A stretch of 63,968 nucleotides of DNA, filler included, from Gonapodya sp. JEL0774 (lineage: Eukaryota), in NCBI GenBank assembly GCA_027604505.1. It is 5 parts of 5 records of this genome, joined end to end, with 100 filler letters (N's around TTAATTAATTAA, not from the genome) between each part and the next. Parts side by side here need not be neighbours in the genome. Positions count along the whole stretch, not along the records: positions 39,933 to 52,901 come from JADIIX010000332.1; 4 more parts are not named here. One strand, 5' to 3'. Positions 39,833 through 49,649 of the stretch are shown here, one piece after another; the first letter of the stretch is position 1; every line of letters starts with the position of its first letter. The notes under the pieces were generated by a model. It was not told the origin of the DNA. It searched no databases and saw only the letters and a program-made list of their open reading frames with translations. The translations under genes and the position numbers were made by a program.

Positions 39833-39932
39833 NNNNNNNNNNNNNNNNNNNNNNNNNNNNNNNNNNNNNNNNNNNNTTAATTAATTAANNNNNNNNNNNN
39901 NNNNNNNNNNNNNNNNNNNNNNNNNNNNNNNN
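39833..39932. other. Artificial contig spacer
   Basis: 44 N + TTAATTAATTAA + 44 N. Confidence 0.97.
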
Positions 39933-39995
39933 TTCTTTCAGGATGGGATTGGAAGATATAAAGGTCTGTACATAGAGTGGAGCGAAACTTCGAAG

Positions 39996-42900
39996 ATGGT
40001 CAGTGAGCTGTCAAGGTACTGGGATCTGGGATGGATCGCATTCCCCATCACGTTGAAGTGGAGCGTGGAGAAGGGAAAGAAGGAGCTGATGCCACCGAAG
40101 GACTGGTCAAAGCTGACGCTGGAGACTGCGCAGAGTGTGCCGGCACGAAATGCGATTGCGATCCAAACTGGTGCGGGATCAGGGATCGTCGTAGTTGATG
40201 TCGACGATGTGGAGGGGTGGCAAAAGATCCTGGGAGAGAAGGGGGAGACGGCGCCCGAGACAGTGACAGCCCGCTCGCAGCGCGGAGGGTACCATTATTA
40301 TTTTGAGTTTACGGAGGATATTGCGGACTTGAAGTCCACGTCTGCCTTACTTGGCGGGTGCGTGGATGTTCGGAACAAGGGAGGAATGATTATCGCGCCG
40401 CAAAGCGCGTTCCAAGTTCCTGGCGAAGCGACGCCACGGGAGTACAAGTGGCTTGAGGGGAAAGCGCCTTGGGAGCGAGGACTTTCTGACATGCCGGGCT
40501 GGTTGGTCAGGGCTCTTCGGGAGAGTGGTGGAGGAGGAGGTGTCATAAGAGGTCAGGGTGGACAACAGGGGGAGGAGGCCGTGAATACGCCTGATGCAGT
40601 GAAGGATTTTATCCTCCAAACCTTCACGATCATGCACGGAAGTGTAGGTGAGACGAAAAAACTCAGTGGGGATGCAGGGTATGTCATTGCGACGAGTGTT
40701 CTGGAGTGCCCTTTCAAGAAGGCGGCGCACAAGAGCAACCGGCAGTACCTGCACATAACGCAGGGCGGTGAGATAACGCGGCAGTGTCACGACGGGGAGT
40801 GTGCCAACAAAAGCTGGGGAACACGCAAGGTTCCATCCGAGATAGTCCAGACACTCACGGCGATGTTTCAGAATGGTGGGATAGAGGAGTGTGTGAAGAT
40901 CAACTGCGGAGAGGAGACGCCATCAGAGGTCAAGAACTTTATCACAAAGAACTTCGGGCTGGAAGAGGACACCCTTGGATGGACGAAGTTGGCTCCGAAC
41001 GGAACTGGGTATATCGTGATGACAAGCGTGCGTTATTGCCCCATTGCAAAGGACTCACACAAACAAGGCCAGCAATACCTTTTCGTGAGCGCTGGCGGAG
41101 AGATAACCCGCCGGTGCCATGATGTCGAGTGCAAGGAGAAGATAAAGCGCAGGAAGGGTGGGCGTTACCAAACGCCAGAGCCGGTGATGCAAGCGCTGAG
41201 GGCGCTATTCCCTCTGGACGCTTCAGAGGAGGATATGGATATTGGAACGCCTGTGGAAGGAATGGAAGTTAGGATGGAGGCGGAACTCATCGAGCAAGCG
41301 AGACAGGAGGCCGTGATGCTCGTGAATTCTCTACACAAGGGTAATGAGGAAATGGCAATGGTGCACAAGCCTGAAGAGCAGATATTTGAGGGTGTGATGG
41401 AGAAATACTACAAGAAGGACGCGAAATGTTGGTTGTGTGGGCATGGACGTCTTGTGGCCACGACGAGCAAGGATGGACTGGTGATTCAATGCACTGACTG
41501 TGAATACCGGTCGCCAGGACAAGGCGCGATGGTGGTTGAGACGGAGAAGTACAAGCACCTTGGGAAATACTTCGTGATGGTCGTGAACCAGTACAACCAG
41601 CAAATCAACGTGACGAATGTGACGGTTGCGGCGGAGCCAACAGCAACATGGATGGACTTCGCGAGCGAGGAGCATGTGTTTGTGCATGGAGACGAACGCC
41701 TCAACAAGTTGTTTCTGCATGCGCTGAGTGGAATCCACGAGTGGGTAGCTAAGCTTGTCGCCGAGCTTGTACCCATTGGAGTCGCATATGCAGACCGCGG
41801 GTGGTGGTGTTTCGAAGGACATCGTTGGATTGAAGCGAGCGAGAGTGAGGCTATTGAGAAGACGGTCGGAGCTCCAAAAGTATACCTTCTGTTTGAGGAG
41901 GCATACAAGCATTACAGTAGTGTGCAAAGTGAGCGTACAGATGCGGCGACAGCGCAGCGAGCAAAGTGGGTGAGAGACACGCTGACGCAGTTGGGCAAAA
42001 CTCCTTATCGCAAAAACGTCATGGATCAGCTGGAAGCGCAATACAGGAGGGTGGGACGCACGTTCGTGAAGGAGCGGGACGACAGGGATGAGCTCCTTGC
42101 CTTTGAGAACGGAGTCGTTGATTTGGACAAATTAGTCGATGGGGATGAAGATTATTTTCGAGAGGGTCGCGCAGAGGACTATGTGACACTGAGTACCGAC
42201 TATGACTTCGACCGCAAAGCAGTGGACAACCCCGATGCGCGAAAGGTGGTGATGGACGTCTTGGAGAAGATTCTACCGGACCAAGCAACGCGCGATTATC
42301 TGCTGACATACATGTCAACAATGTTGAGTGGATCCGCACGTGAGCAAAAGCTGGTGTTCTTTACAGGCGACGGTGCGAATGGGAAGTCATTGATTGCAAA
42401 CGCGCTGAAAGCGGTTTTGGGCCGCTATGCGCAGACAATCAAGAGTTCTATCTTGATGGAAAACCGCAATGGCCCGCGTGATGGAGAAGCACCTACTCCA
42501 ACGTTGGCAGGACTTCGCACGGCACGATGCGTTATCGTGAGCGAAGTTGGTGCCGGCGCACGATTGGACGAGGAGATGTGCAAGTCGCTCACGGGTGATG
42601 AGGATATTGCTGCTCGCGGGCTTCACTCAAAAAAGACAGAATTTCGCTTTCGCGGCAAAATGTTGCTCCTGGTCAACGATCTACCGAATATGAAGGCAAC
42701 TGGGGAATCAGCATTTGCTATGCGCCGGCGTGTGCGGGTGGTAAGAGGACAGAGCACTTTTGTGGAGGATCGGGCACCGGATCCACAGAACCACGTTTAC
42801 GTCGCAGACAAGACGTTGGGGGCAAAGGTGAAGCTGTCATGGTTTAAAATGGCACTGCTTGGTATTCTCTTTGAGAGGTACAAGGCATACAGGGCAGAAG

Positions 42901-43247
42901 GGACAATCAAAGAGCCGGTGGCGGTTCGAGACGCGACGGGTGACTACCTGAGCGACAGCAATCCTGTCAAAGCGTTCTTTGATGACGCGACTGTTCCCAC
43001 AAATGCGGGCGGGACAAAGTCCTCGGTGGTCTTCGACGCATTTCGTCAATGGGTTACTACAAATGCGCCAGAACATACGGCAGCGGTCAGAATGTGGAGT
43101 TTGACGAAGTTTTCACGGAACCTGCCAGAGCCTCTCAAGAGCGAAGTGTTGAACGTGGATGGGAAGTGCGAGCGGGGAATCAGGGTGAGGCTGAAAAGAA
43201 AAATAGGAGTAGATTACACTTTGAAGGCAAAAGATTACACTTCTTAA
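39996..43247 (+). CDS. Prim-Pol (bifunctional primase-polymerase) + 2x UL52-like Zn finger + D5-like SF3 helicase, intronless 1083 aa
   Basis: Prim-Pol motifs: IAIQTG..SGIVVVDVDD, TARSQRGGYHYYF and VDVRNKGGMIIAP. D5_N: WWCFEGHRW and LLAFENGVVDL. Walker A FTGDGANGKS, Walker B CVIVSE, motif C LLVNDLP, Arg finger RRRV. Confidence 0.93.
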   Translation: MVSELSRYWDLGWIAFPITLKWSVEKGKKELMPPKDWSKLTLETAQSVPARNAIAIQTGAGSGIVVVDVDDVEGWQKILGEKGETAPETVTARSQRGGYHYYFEFTEDIADLKSTSALLGGCVDVRNKGGMIIAPQSAFQVPGEATPREYKWLEGKAPWERGLSDMPGWLVRALRESGGGGGVIRGQGGQQGEEAVNTPDAVKDFILQTFTIMHGSVGETKKLSGDAGYVIATSVLECPFKKAAHKSNRQYLHITQGGEITRQCHDGECANKSWGTRKVPSEIVQTLTAMFQNGGIEECVKINCGEETPSEVKNFITKNFGLEEDTLGWTKLAPNGTGYIVMTSVRYCPIAKDSHKQGQQYLFVSAGGEITRRCHDVECKEKIKRRKGGRYQTPEPVMQALRALFPLDASEEDMDIGTPVEGMEVRMEAELIEQARQEAVMLVNSLHKGNEEMAMVHKPEEQIFEGVMEKYYKKDAKCWLCGHGRLVATTSKDGLVIQCTDCEYRSPGQGAMVVETEKYKHLGKYFVMVVNQYNQQINVTNVTVAAEPTATWMDFASEEHVFVHGDERLNKLFLHALSGIHEWVAKLVAELVPIGVAYADRGWWCFEGHRWIEASESEAIEKTVGAPKVYLLFEEAYKHYSSVQSERTDAATAQRAKWVRDTLTQLGKTPYRKNVMDQLEAQYRRVGRTFVKERDDRDELLAFENGVVDLDKLVDGDEDYFREGRAEDYVTLSTDYDFDRKAVDNPDARKVVMDVLEKILPDQATRDYLLTYMSTMLSGSAREQKLVFFTGDGANGKSLIANALKAVLGRYAQTIKSSILMENRNGPRDGEAPTPTLAGLRTARCVIVSEVGAGARLDEEMCKSLTGDEDIAARGLHSKKTEFRFRGKMLLLVNDLPNMKATGESAFAMRRRVRVVRGQSTFVEDRAPDPQNHVYVADKTLGAKVKLSWFKMALLGILFERYKAYRAEGTIKEPVAVRDATGDYLSDSNPVKAFFDDATVPTNAGGTKSSVVFDAFRQWVTTNAPEHTAAVRMWSLTKFSRNLPEPLKSEVLNVDGKCERGIRVRLKRKIGVDYTLKAKDYTS

Positions 43248-43497
43248 CGTGAAGGCCTGACAAGAGATTACACTTTGGTACTGATAACATTACACTTCTT
43301 AGCAGCAACATATAGCTAGAGTACACTTAGTACACTTTTTCCCAGACTTTCTTCTACTACAACAAAACAAGCATCAGCTATGTACAGTAGATATAGTGTA
43401 TATATAGAGAGAGAAGGGTGGAGAATAAGAGTACTAAGTGTAATTCCAATGGTGAGACCTGCTAAGAAGTGTAATGTTATCAGTACCAAAGTGTAAT
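43212..43497. repeat. Iteron-like array with perfect 39-bp inverted repeat (putative replication origin)
   Basis: Six TACACTT copies on the left (in units at 43212, 43233, 43266, 43288, 43321, 43330). Three inverted AAGTGTAAT copies on the right (43436, 43467, 43489). 43267-43305 is the exact reverse complement of 43459-43497. Inner 12-bp IR at 43322-43333/43431-43442. Confidence 0.85.
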
Positions 43498-43835
43498 AGA
43501 GACGCTCCAAACTGTAGTTTCTACGACCCAAAGTATAATGGAGGTTCATTGACGTCCAATTCAATTTCGTTGAGACGGGCTTCACTGGAGGTCGTAGGTG
43601 GACTGACGGATGGACAAATGTGGATCGTTCGACCAAGTCCGAGGGATGATAAAAGGCCCCTGCAACCCAGAGTCCAACGAGTGATTCTTGACTCGAGATG
43701 GAGTTCTTGAATCTTTTTTGTATGGGATGGGATGGATTGGCTGGGTTGCACGTCATGGCAATTGGCATGAGATAAAATGGTATGTGATGTGGTGGGATGG
43801 AGAAGGGATCTTTCTGAAACTTTTCAAAAACCTGA

Positions 43836-44005
43836 TCCGGGATGGGGATGGGGAATGTGATTTGGAAACTCTTCGAAAATCAATTCAGGATGGGATGGGG
43901 ATGGGAATGGGGATGGGAATGGGGATGGGGAGATGGGGAGATGGGGAGATGGGGATGATGGGGATGATGGGGATGGGGATGGGGACGGGGATGGGATGAG
44001 GATGG
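43836..44005 (+). repeat. (GGGGAT/GGGATG)n G-rich simple repeat, G-quadruplex-capable
   Basis: Many runs of 3-4 G separated by AT/AAT/AGAT, lying between the putative origin and the second helicase gene. Confidence 0.85.
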
Positions 44006-44068
44006 AATGATTGCACGAAGACTTAAAGTCCCCATTTTTTTCCCCCCTGACATCCTACCTGAACCCTG

Positions 44069-46435
44069 ATGGAAAACCATCATGCAAAGCGTCGCTCCAC
44101 ATCACCAACAATCGAGAGTGATCTATATCTCGCAAAGCGCCGCCTCACGACTGCCCCTCAGGCCAGCCAGTCGAAGTTGTATCCTGCAGAGTTGATCAGG
44201 ACCATTGACGCTGGTATCGTTGAAGCTCAGCCGATTCTCAACAGAGCACTCAAAGTGCCCGTCGGAACAGAGTGGCAAGTGGGTGGTGACACCAATCTCA
44301 TCCCAAGGTGTGTCATGTGTCTTGTGGATCCGAAACACGCACATCAAGATACTGGCGACAGTTTCCTGCGTGTCAACTTGGACATGACAGTCGACGCGGT
44401 GTGTCGAGAGCTTGGAGAACGTCGCCTTCGCGGACCAGTTGCACGAACAGTGCAGGCAGCATTCAATATTAAGGTTCCCATCCACCATGGAACTAAGGAA
44501 TATGAGGGTCTTCGTGACCAAGTCGTTTCATACGCACTGTCACGGGGCTTGCAACGCGAAACAGGATCAGGTTGGGTGTACAAACCAATCAATGGCTTGA
44601 GCTATGCACTCGAACGATGGAAATCCCCTGAGGCGTATCTAAACATAGTGTTCAGAGATGATGACACTCGCACACTGTCGAAGCGGGGACACTACTTCGA
44701 CAACTTGGTCAGCTACCTCTGCAAGGTAGATGACGAGTGTTTTCACTTCGTAGTACGAAACATGAGGTACTACGGTTTCCGAAATGGCGTTTACGACCTG
44801 GAGGCGTGCGAGTTCATACCCGGTTCAGATGTTCCTTCGAATCTTGTTGCTCGAAAATACATCGATCAAGAGTTCACTGGAAGCACAGAAACGCCCTTAT
44901 TTGACAGTATCTTCCGCGATCAAGGGCACAGTGATGAAGTGCTTCGATTTGTGGATGTGTGCCTAGGTCGATTGTTTGGTATCCGTGACGACTGGCAGTT
45001 TATGCTGATGTTGTACGGAGAGTCTGGTACCGGGAAGTCCACGGTGCTGTCTGTGATGCGGAGCTTTTTCGAACAAGTTGGCTCTCTGTCAAGCACGTTT
45101 GAACGCACGTTTGGACTGTCGGCGTGGTACGACAAGGAGATAGTAATGGGTGACGATCTGCCACTGAACATGGCACAAGTGCTCCCTCAGACGGTCATTC
45201 AGACGATGATCTCCAACGGCGAGCTCACAGTCGTGCCAAAGGGCAAGACGGCGTTCAGCGTGAAGTGGAAAGTTCCGTTACTGTTCGCGACAAACTTCGC
45301 ACTCGACTACATTGATCAGGGTCAAGTGTCGCGGCGTGTGCTTGTCCTTTCGTTTTTGGAGAGGGTGCGTGTTGTAGCGCCAGACCTGGTATCAAGAATC
45401 GTGAGGGAGGAGCTTCCTGCTGTCCTAAAACGCGTGACAACAGCGTACAAGAAAGCACTGGAGTTGAATAGAGGTAGGGGAGTTTGGGATTTTACGCCAG
45501 CGTACTTCATCGAGGGGCAGCGGGAAATGCGAATGCAGAGTGACCCGGTATTTGCTTTCATCACGGAACACTGTGAATACCGGGAAGGCTCCCTGGTCAC
45601 CATCAAAACATTGAAGGAAGCTGTCAAGGATAAGACGGGAACGGTCCCTCCTTCGCGAATCAGCCATCTTACGGTGGAGAATGCTGATGAACGATATAAG
45701 ATTGTGAGGATCAAGTTGTGTAAGTCATGTGGGGGGGAGGCAAAGAAGGGGTGTTGCAGCGAATACAACCGTGCCCAGAGGACCAGTGCCGACGCAGTAG
45801 TGAACATGGCGCTTGACTGGTCCCCTGCACAAGCGGTGACTACCGCTATTGCACAGACGAGTGAATGCGCTGACTGGAGGGTGGAATATCGGACGAATGT
45901 ACTTGGTGGTGGTGGTGATGGTATGGTCGACGAGTCGATGGAGTGGATGAACCATGCGACGCCGTGCATTCTGGCCGGTGATGTGGCCGAGGCACAAGTC
46001 AAATTCTACTTGTGCGAAGGGGTAGAATTTGACTGGCGGCAACCAATCCGCCAGAACACGGAAGTGCCGCCACACACTCAGGCCGACATCCTGACATATT
46101 TCACGAAGCGGGAAGGCACGGTCAGAGCTGCGGTGCAGTTGATCAAGAAGGTGACGGGTGCAGAGCATTGGGAAGCGCCGACAGCCAACTTCCGAATGGT
46201 GACTGCGAAGCATGGAGAAGTTACAGGGCGTGTCGACTTCCATGGAAGAACTGGTGGAACGATGTACATCCTGGAGACTAAATTTTCTGGTAGTGATTTG
46301 GTTCCTGGCAACCGTCACTGTCGTCAAATGGAGATGTACTGGCGATGGGGTGTCTCACAACCTGGCGTGGAGAAATGCGAGATGATTTTCTACAACGTTC
46401 GAACGGGGGTATTAGAAATGGGTAGTTTTTCATAG
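44069..46435 (+). CDS. D5-like SF3 helicase fused to a Zn-ribbon and a C-terminal PD-(D/E)xK (RecB/Cas4-like) nuclease, intronless 788 aa
   Basis: YYGFRNGVYDL and TPLFDSIF. Walker A LYGESGTGKST, Walker B IVMGDD, motif C LFATN, SRRV. Zn-like CKSC...GCC. Nuclease motifs VTGRVD...YILETK...QMEMY. Confidence 0.88.
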   Translation: MENHHAKRRSTSPTIESDLYLAKRRLTTAPQASQSKLYPAELIRTIDAGIVEAQPILNRALKVPVGTEWQVGGDTNLIPRCVMCLVDPKHAHQDTGDSFLRVNLDMTVDAVCRELGERRLRGPVARTVQAAFNIKVPIHHGTKEYEGLRDQVVSYALSRGLQRETGSGWVYKPINGLSYALERWKSPEAYLNIVFRDDDTRTLSKRGHYFDNLVSYLCKVDDECFHFVVRNMRYYGFRNGVYDLEACEFIPGSDVPSNLVARKYIDQEFTGSTETPLFDSIFRDQGHSDEVLRFVDVCLGRLFGIRDDWQFMLMLYGESGTGKSTVLSVMRSFFEQVGSLSSTFERTFGLSAWYDKEIVMGDDLPLNMAQVLPQTVIQTMISNGELTVVPKGKTAFSVKWKVPLLFATNFALDYIDQGQVSRRVLVLSFLERVRVVAPDLVSRIVREELPAVLKRVTTAYKKALELNRGRGVWDFTPAYFIEGQREMRMQSDPVFAFITEHCEYREGSLVTIKTLKEAVKDKTGTVPPSRISHLTVENADERYKIVRIKLCKSCGGEAKKGCCSEYNRAQRTSADAVVNMALDWSPAQAVTTAIAQTSECADWRVEYRTNVLGGGGDGMVDESMEWMNHATPCILAGDVAEAQVKFYLCEGVEFDWRQPIRQNTEVPPHTQADILTYFTKREGTVRAAVQLIKKVTGAEHWEAPTANFRMVTAKHGEVTGRVDFHGRTGGTMYILETKFSGSDLVPGNRHCRQMEMYWRWGVSQPGVEKCEMIFYNVRTGVLEMGSFS

Positions 46436-46478
46436 CGTGAAGTCAAGGACCATATATTACAACTGAGACAATGAGTAA

Positions 46479-48092
46479 CTATGAGTTTGTGTAAGTGTTT
46501 CTTTCAGTACCAACCCATTTCCAACCTGGGAGGTTTTTGCCTTCCATCAAGATGTATTCTTGTCGGACATTGGAATTCCTCAACACCATGACGCTCAGTA
46601 GATTCCAAAACTCGTCCATTTGCTTCTGAGAAGATCCAACATACACCATCCCAGAACGCAACACACAAGGTGGAAGAAGTGATGGTTCGTCGTCGGGTAA
46701 AGTAGCGATGAGGTCTTCGCGGATTTGCGCCTGGCTGAAAGGTTCGTTTCGTAAGCGAAGATAGTTCCACACGCGGACGGCGACATTGGATGCGAGCTGT
46801 TTGAGCACATTGCGACGCTCAAGTTCGCGACGAGCAAAGAAGAAAGTTATGAAGAGAGCGACAGTTGGGAGGAGGATGTTGGTGAGAAACCGACGAAGGG
46901 AAAAGGACCAAGGACGAATGGGAGTGAGATAAGTAGATATGGGATGGTCAGGGTGGTGAGAGTGGATGGTGAGGCTGTCGGCGAAAGGGAAGTTGTCGTC
47001 GCAAATGTTGTTGAGGATGATGTCGACGGCGATGTTCCAGATGGCGATAAACTCCCTTTCAGACAACTCTGATTTGGCCATGACAATCTCTCTGACATGG
47101 GAGAGGGGCACGCCCAAGACTTTGGATTTGCGTAGTGAGACGCGTCCAGCGACTTGCACCCACGACTCCACAGTGACCTCGACGACGGGGGAGCCGTAAC
47201 CGAGCGTGTTCCTGAGAGTGTCGACCATAATGCGACCAAGAGCGTAGAGGGCTTCGTCGCGAGAATGGGTGAGGGGATCGGAGATGCAAGCAGGGGAGAG
47301 GGACATGAAGGAACGAGAGAGGAGGAAGCCAGGAAGGCAGGCGGAAATGCGACCATTTTCGCAAATGGCGTGCGGAGGGCAGTGAGGAGGGGAGATAGAG
47401 TGGATGAGGAGAGATGCGAGGAGGACGGTGACGAAGACCATGGAGGGTGCCTGCCAGAAGCCGAGTATAGAGGGGACGGGTGATTTTCCGTCTGTCGCCT
47501 GACCAGTTGTCGACGGTACCGAGACGTGTGGAGGGGGTGCATCTGCATATGTAGGAAGACCAGGTGTCGACGGTGCCGAGTGTAGAACAAACGCGCTATC
47601 TGGGATAACTATAGGCTTGGGCATATTGGAACGACGTTTGCCAGGTATTTTAGGGCTTTAACGAAGAATCAAAGTATTTTTGAGCGTTGACGAGATAGTG
47701 TACAGAAGCGTGTTTTGAACTCACACATAGGCTGTCGGGGACTGTGGTGGTGTTGGAGGATATCTCGCTGGCCTTGGTAAGAATGGTGGATGGTTGATAT
47801 AAGAGTGAAGATGAATGTACGTGATGGTGTTTCTCTCTCACCTTGGGAAGGCTGGTTGTGTGAGATCGATGTTTGTCGACAATGGGAAAAAGCACGGCGT
47901 GACATGCTTTTTCCACAACTGTATACATTCCTCGGGAGACTTGTGTCTAATATCCAGTTGCGGCTTGGCGATAGAGATTAGGTGTTTGAGATCTTCTGAT
48001 GACAGTTTCTGAGGGTTGAAGTTAATATGCTGGTATTGATTGGACAACCATCCGTCATGGGGGGTGCGATCGGGGAAGATGACGTAGGGCAT
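46479..48092 (-). CDS. LEM/HeH + Man1-Src1 C-terminal (MSC) inner nuclear membrane protein (Heh1/Src1/Man1-like), 3 exons
   Basis: Exon 1 NFNPQKLSSEDLKHLI...ECIQLWKKHVTP resembles HeH. Two GT-AG introns splice in frame into MPKP... The MSC-like part has TM, CPPHAICENG...CLPGF...CISDP, a second TM, FSQAQIREDL, W...V..NSNVR and WKWVG. Confidence 0.75.
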
Positions 48093-48160
48093 ATGATGAA
48101 TCGTGATAATCAATGGATAGGAGTTTATATAGGCAATTGGGGAATCGTATCCGGTGGGGC

Positions 48161-48223
48161 GTAGAACTTGCCGGAATCAAAAAAAAAAATTAAAATTAAA
48201 AAAAAAATGCGGTCTGCAACGAC
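48161..48223 (-). promoter_or_regulatory. Conserved upstream motif copy 1 (AGAACT.GCCGGAATC-polyA-GCGGT.TGCAACGAC on +)
   Basis: Near-identical to 49650-49709. Lies just upstream of a TATA-like TATATAAA (48124-48131, minus strand) of the LEM gene. Confidence 0.5.
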
Positions 48224-48240
48224 TAAGTCTCGTCCTGGAT

Positions 48241-48381
48241 GGGGATGGGGATGAGGATGAGGATGGGATCTGACATTCTGAAACTTTTCGAAGTGTCGTC
48301 CGGGATTGGGATGAGGATGAGGATTGGATTCGACATTCTGAAACTTTTCGAAATGTTATCCGGGATGGGGATGAGGATGAG
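48241..48381 (+). repeat. 60-bp tandem repeat (about 2.3 copies): GGGATGAGGATGAGGAT..GACATTCTGAAACTTTTCGAA
   Basis: Units at 48241-48300, 48301-48360 and a partial 48361-48381. A related unit lies at about 43812-43900. Confidence 0.85.
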
Positions 48382-48480
48382 AACGGGCCTAGACACATCA
48401 TTGATCGTTCTTTACGATCACGACTGTATTTAGAGTACATCCAACAGCAAGAAACTACAAGTTTCACGTGTTCACTTCCG

Positions 48481-49481
48481 CTATAATCTTCTGCTGCTCC
48501 TGGCTGGTCCCCCTCCTCCCCTCCTGACATCTCTTTCCTTCTTCCCCCGACGCCCCCCTGGCCTCGGTTTCTTTACCCCGGTCGACATGGGTGTGGCTCG
48601 TATCGAGGAGTGTGCCGAGGCTAAAACCGAATCGTTGTCAGAGTCGGATATGTGATCAGACTCTAGGGCATCGGTTGCCACGGGATGGAGTTGAGCGATG
48701 AGATCCCTGATATGGTGCTCTTTCTGCAAGATATCTTGATGTGCCGAATTGAGGTCTTGTAGTAACGATTTCTGTGTGTCTTCCAGGTGCAAGACTTGAT
48801 TGTTGGCGCGATCGAGATTGTCTCTGAGATCGGAGATTGTTTGTTTGAGGTGCTTAATTTGACGTTCAAGAAACGCGGTCTGGAAGAAGAGATGGAGTGG
48901 TGTTAGAAGACTGCAATAAAGAAAGAATCTTCAGATGCACTTACAGTATTGAAGTTGGCATTATCTAGAGGGTGACTGGTAGTTAATTCATCGTCGACAT
49001 TCCTAGAAGGATCTCCATACTTAGGAGAGAGCGCATGTGAGTCAAGAGAAGAGAATGAGCAAAGAGATGTACGTACGACATTATAACTCTTGAGACAGCT
49101 TATGGCCATGACCTTGTACGAACTATCCGACTGAGCCTTCTCAAAGATATGCCTCACGGCATCACCGCGTCTATCAAAAGTGTCCCGGAATTCGGGCGTC
49201 AAGAAGTGCTGCTTCAATGTCTCGAGTGTGAGAGATGACATTCCCCAGTAGATGTACAAAAGGTCGTTGTCGTGTGTGAGGAAGAATCGATTCGTGATCC
49301 CACGGTCAGGAACAGACCAAGTAAAATTGTAGACGATGTCGAAGGGGAGAGTATCATCGTAGAACTGTTCAACCGAGAGAAGTACAACGTGTGCAAGTAG
49401 TTTCAAGTAGTTGCGGAAGTAGAGATTGAGAGTCTCCCGTTTAATGTGGTGGCGCCAAGTCTCGTTTTCGTTTTCTGCCAT
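48481..49481 (-). CDS. Unknown protein, 'YWG' domain + coiled coil + basic tail (paralog A), spliced
   Basis: ORF 48903-49481 plus downstream coiled-coil exon(s) to 48481. Its N-domain aligns by eye with paralog B. Confidence 0.6.
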
Positions 49482-49649
49482 CTAAAGTTTGAAATGAAGA
49501 GGTCATGTGAGTGATAGGGCGGGCGTGATGAGAAGGTGAGAATCAACACGTACTACGATGAGAGTATGGTAAGATTCAATGTGACGGTAATGGAGAGAGA
49601 GTGAGCGTGAGCTTTATAATGGGTTTGGGTGTATGTGGCTGATGTGGCG

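Noticed and set aside
36162..43247. Tyrosine recombinase as the integrase of the primase-helicase element (PICI-like int-pri-rep-ori layout)
   Set aside because: They are separated by an artificial spacer. Contigs appear concatenated in decreasing length order and other joins cut unrelated genes (DOCK|fumarase), so adjacency is not evidence of linkage. Long reads would be needed.
43212..43497. CRISPR-like array
   Set aside because: Repeats are only 7-10 bp, switch orientation and lack regular unique spacers. No cas operon is present; the nuclease domain nearby is only RecB/Cas4-like.
43688..44083. ORFs MGMGMG.../HPHPHP...
   Set aside because: Translations of the (GGGGAT)n repeat, with no coding evidence.
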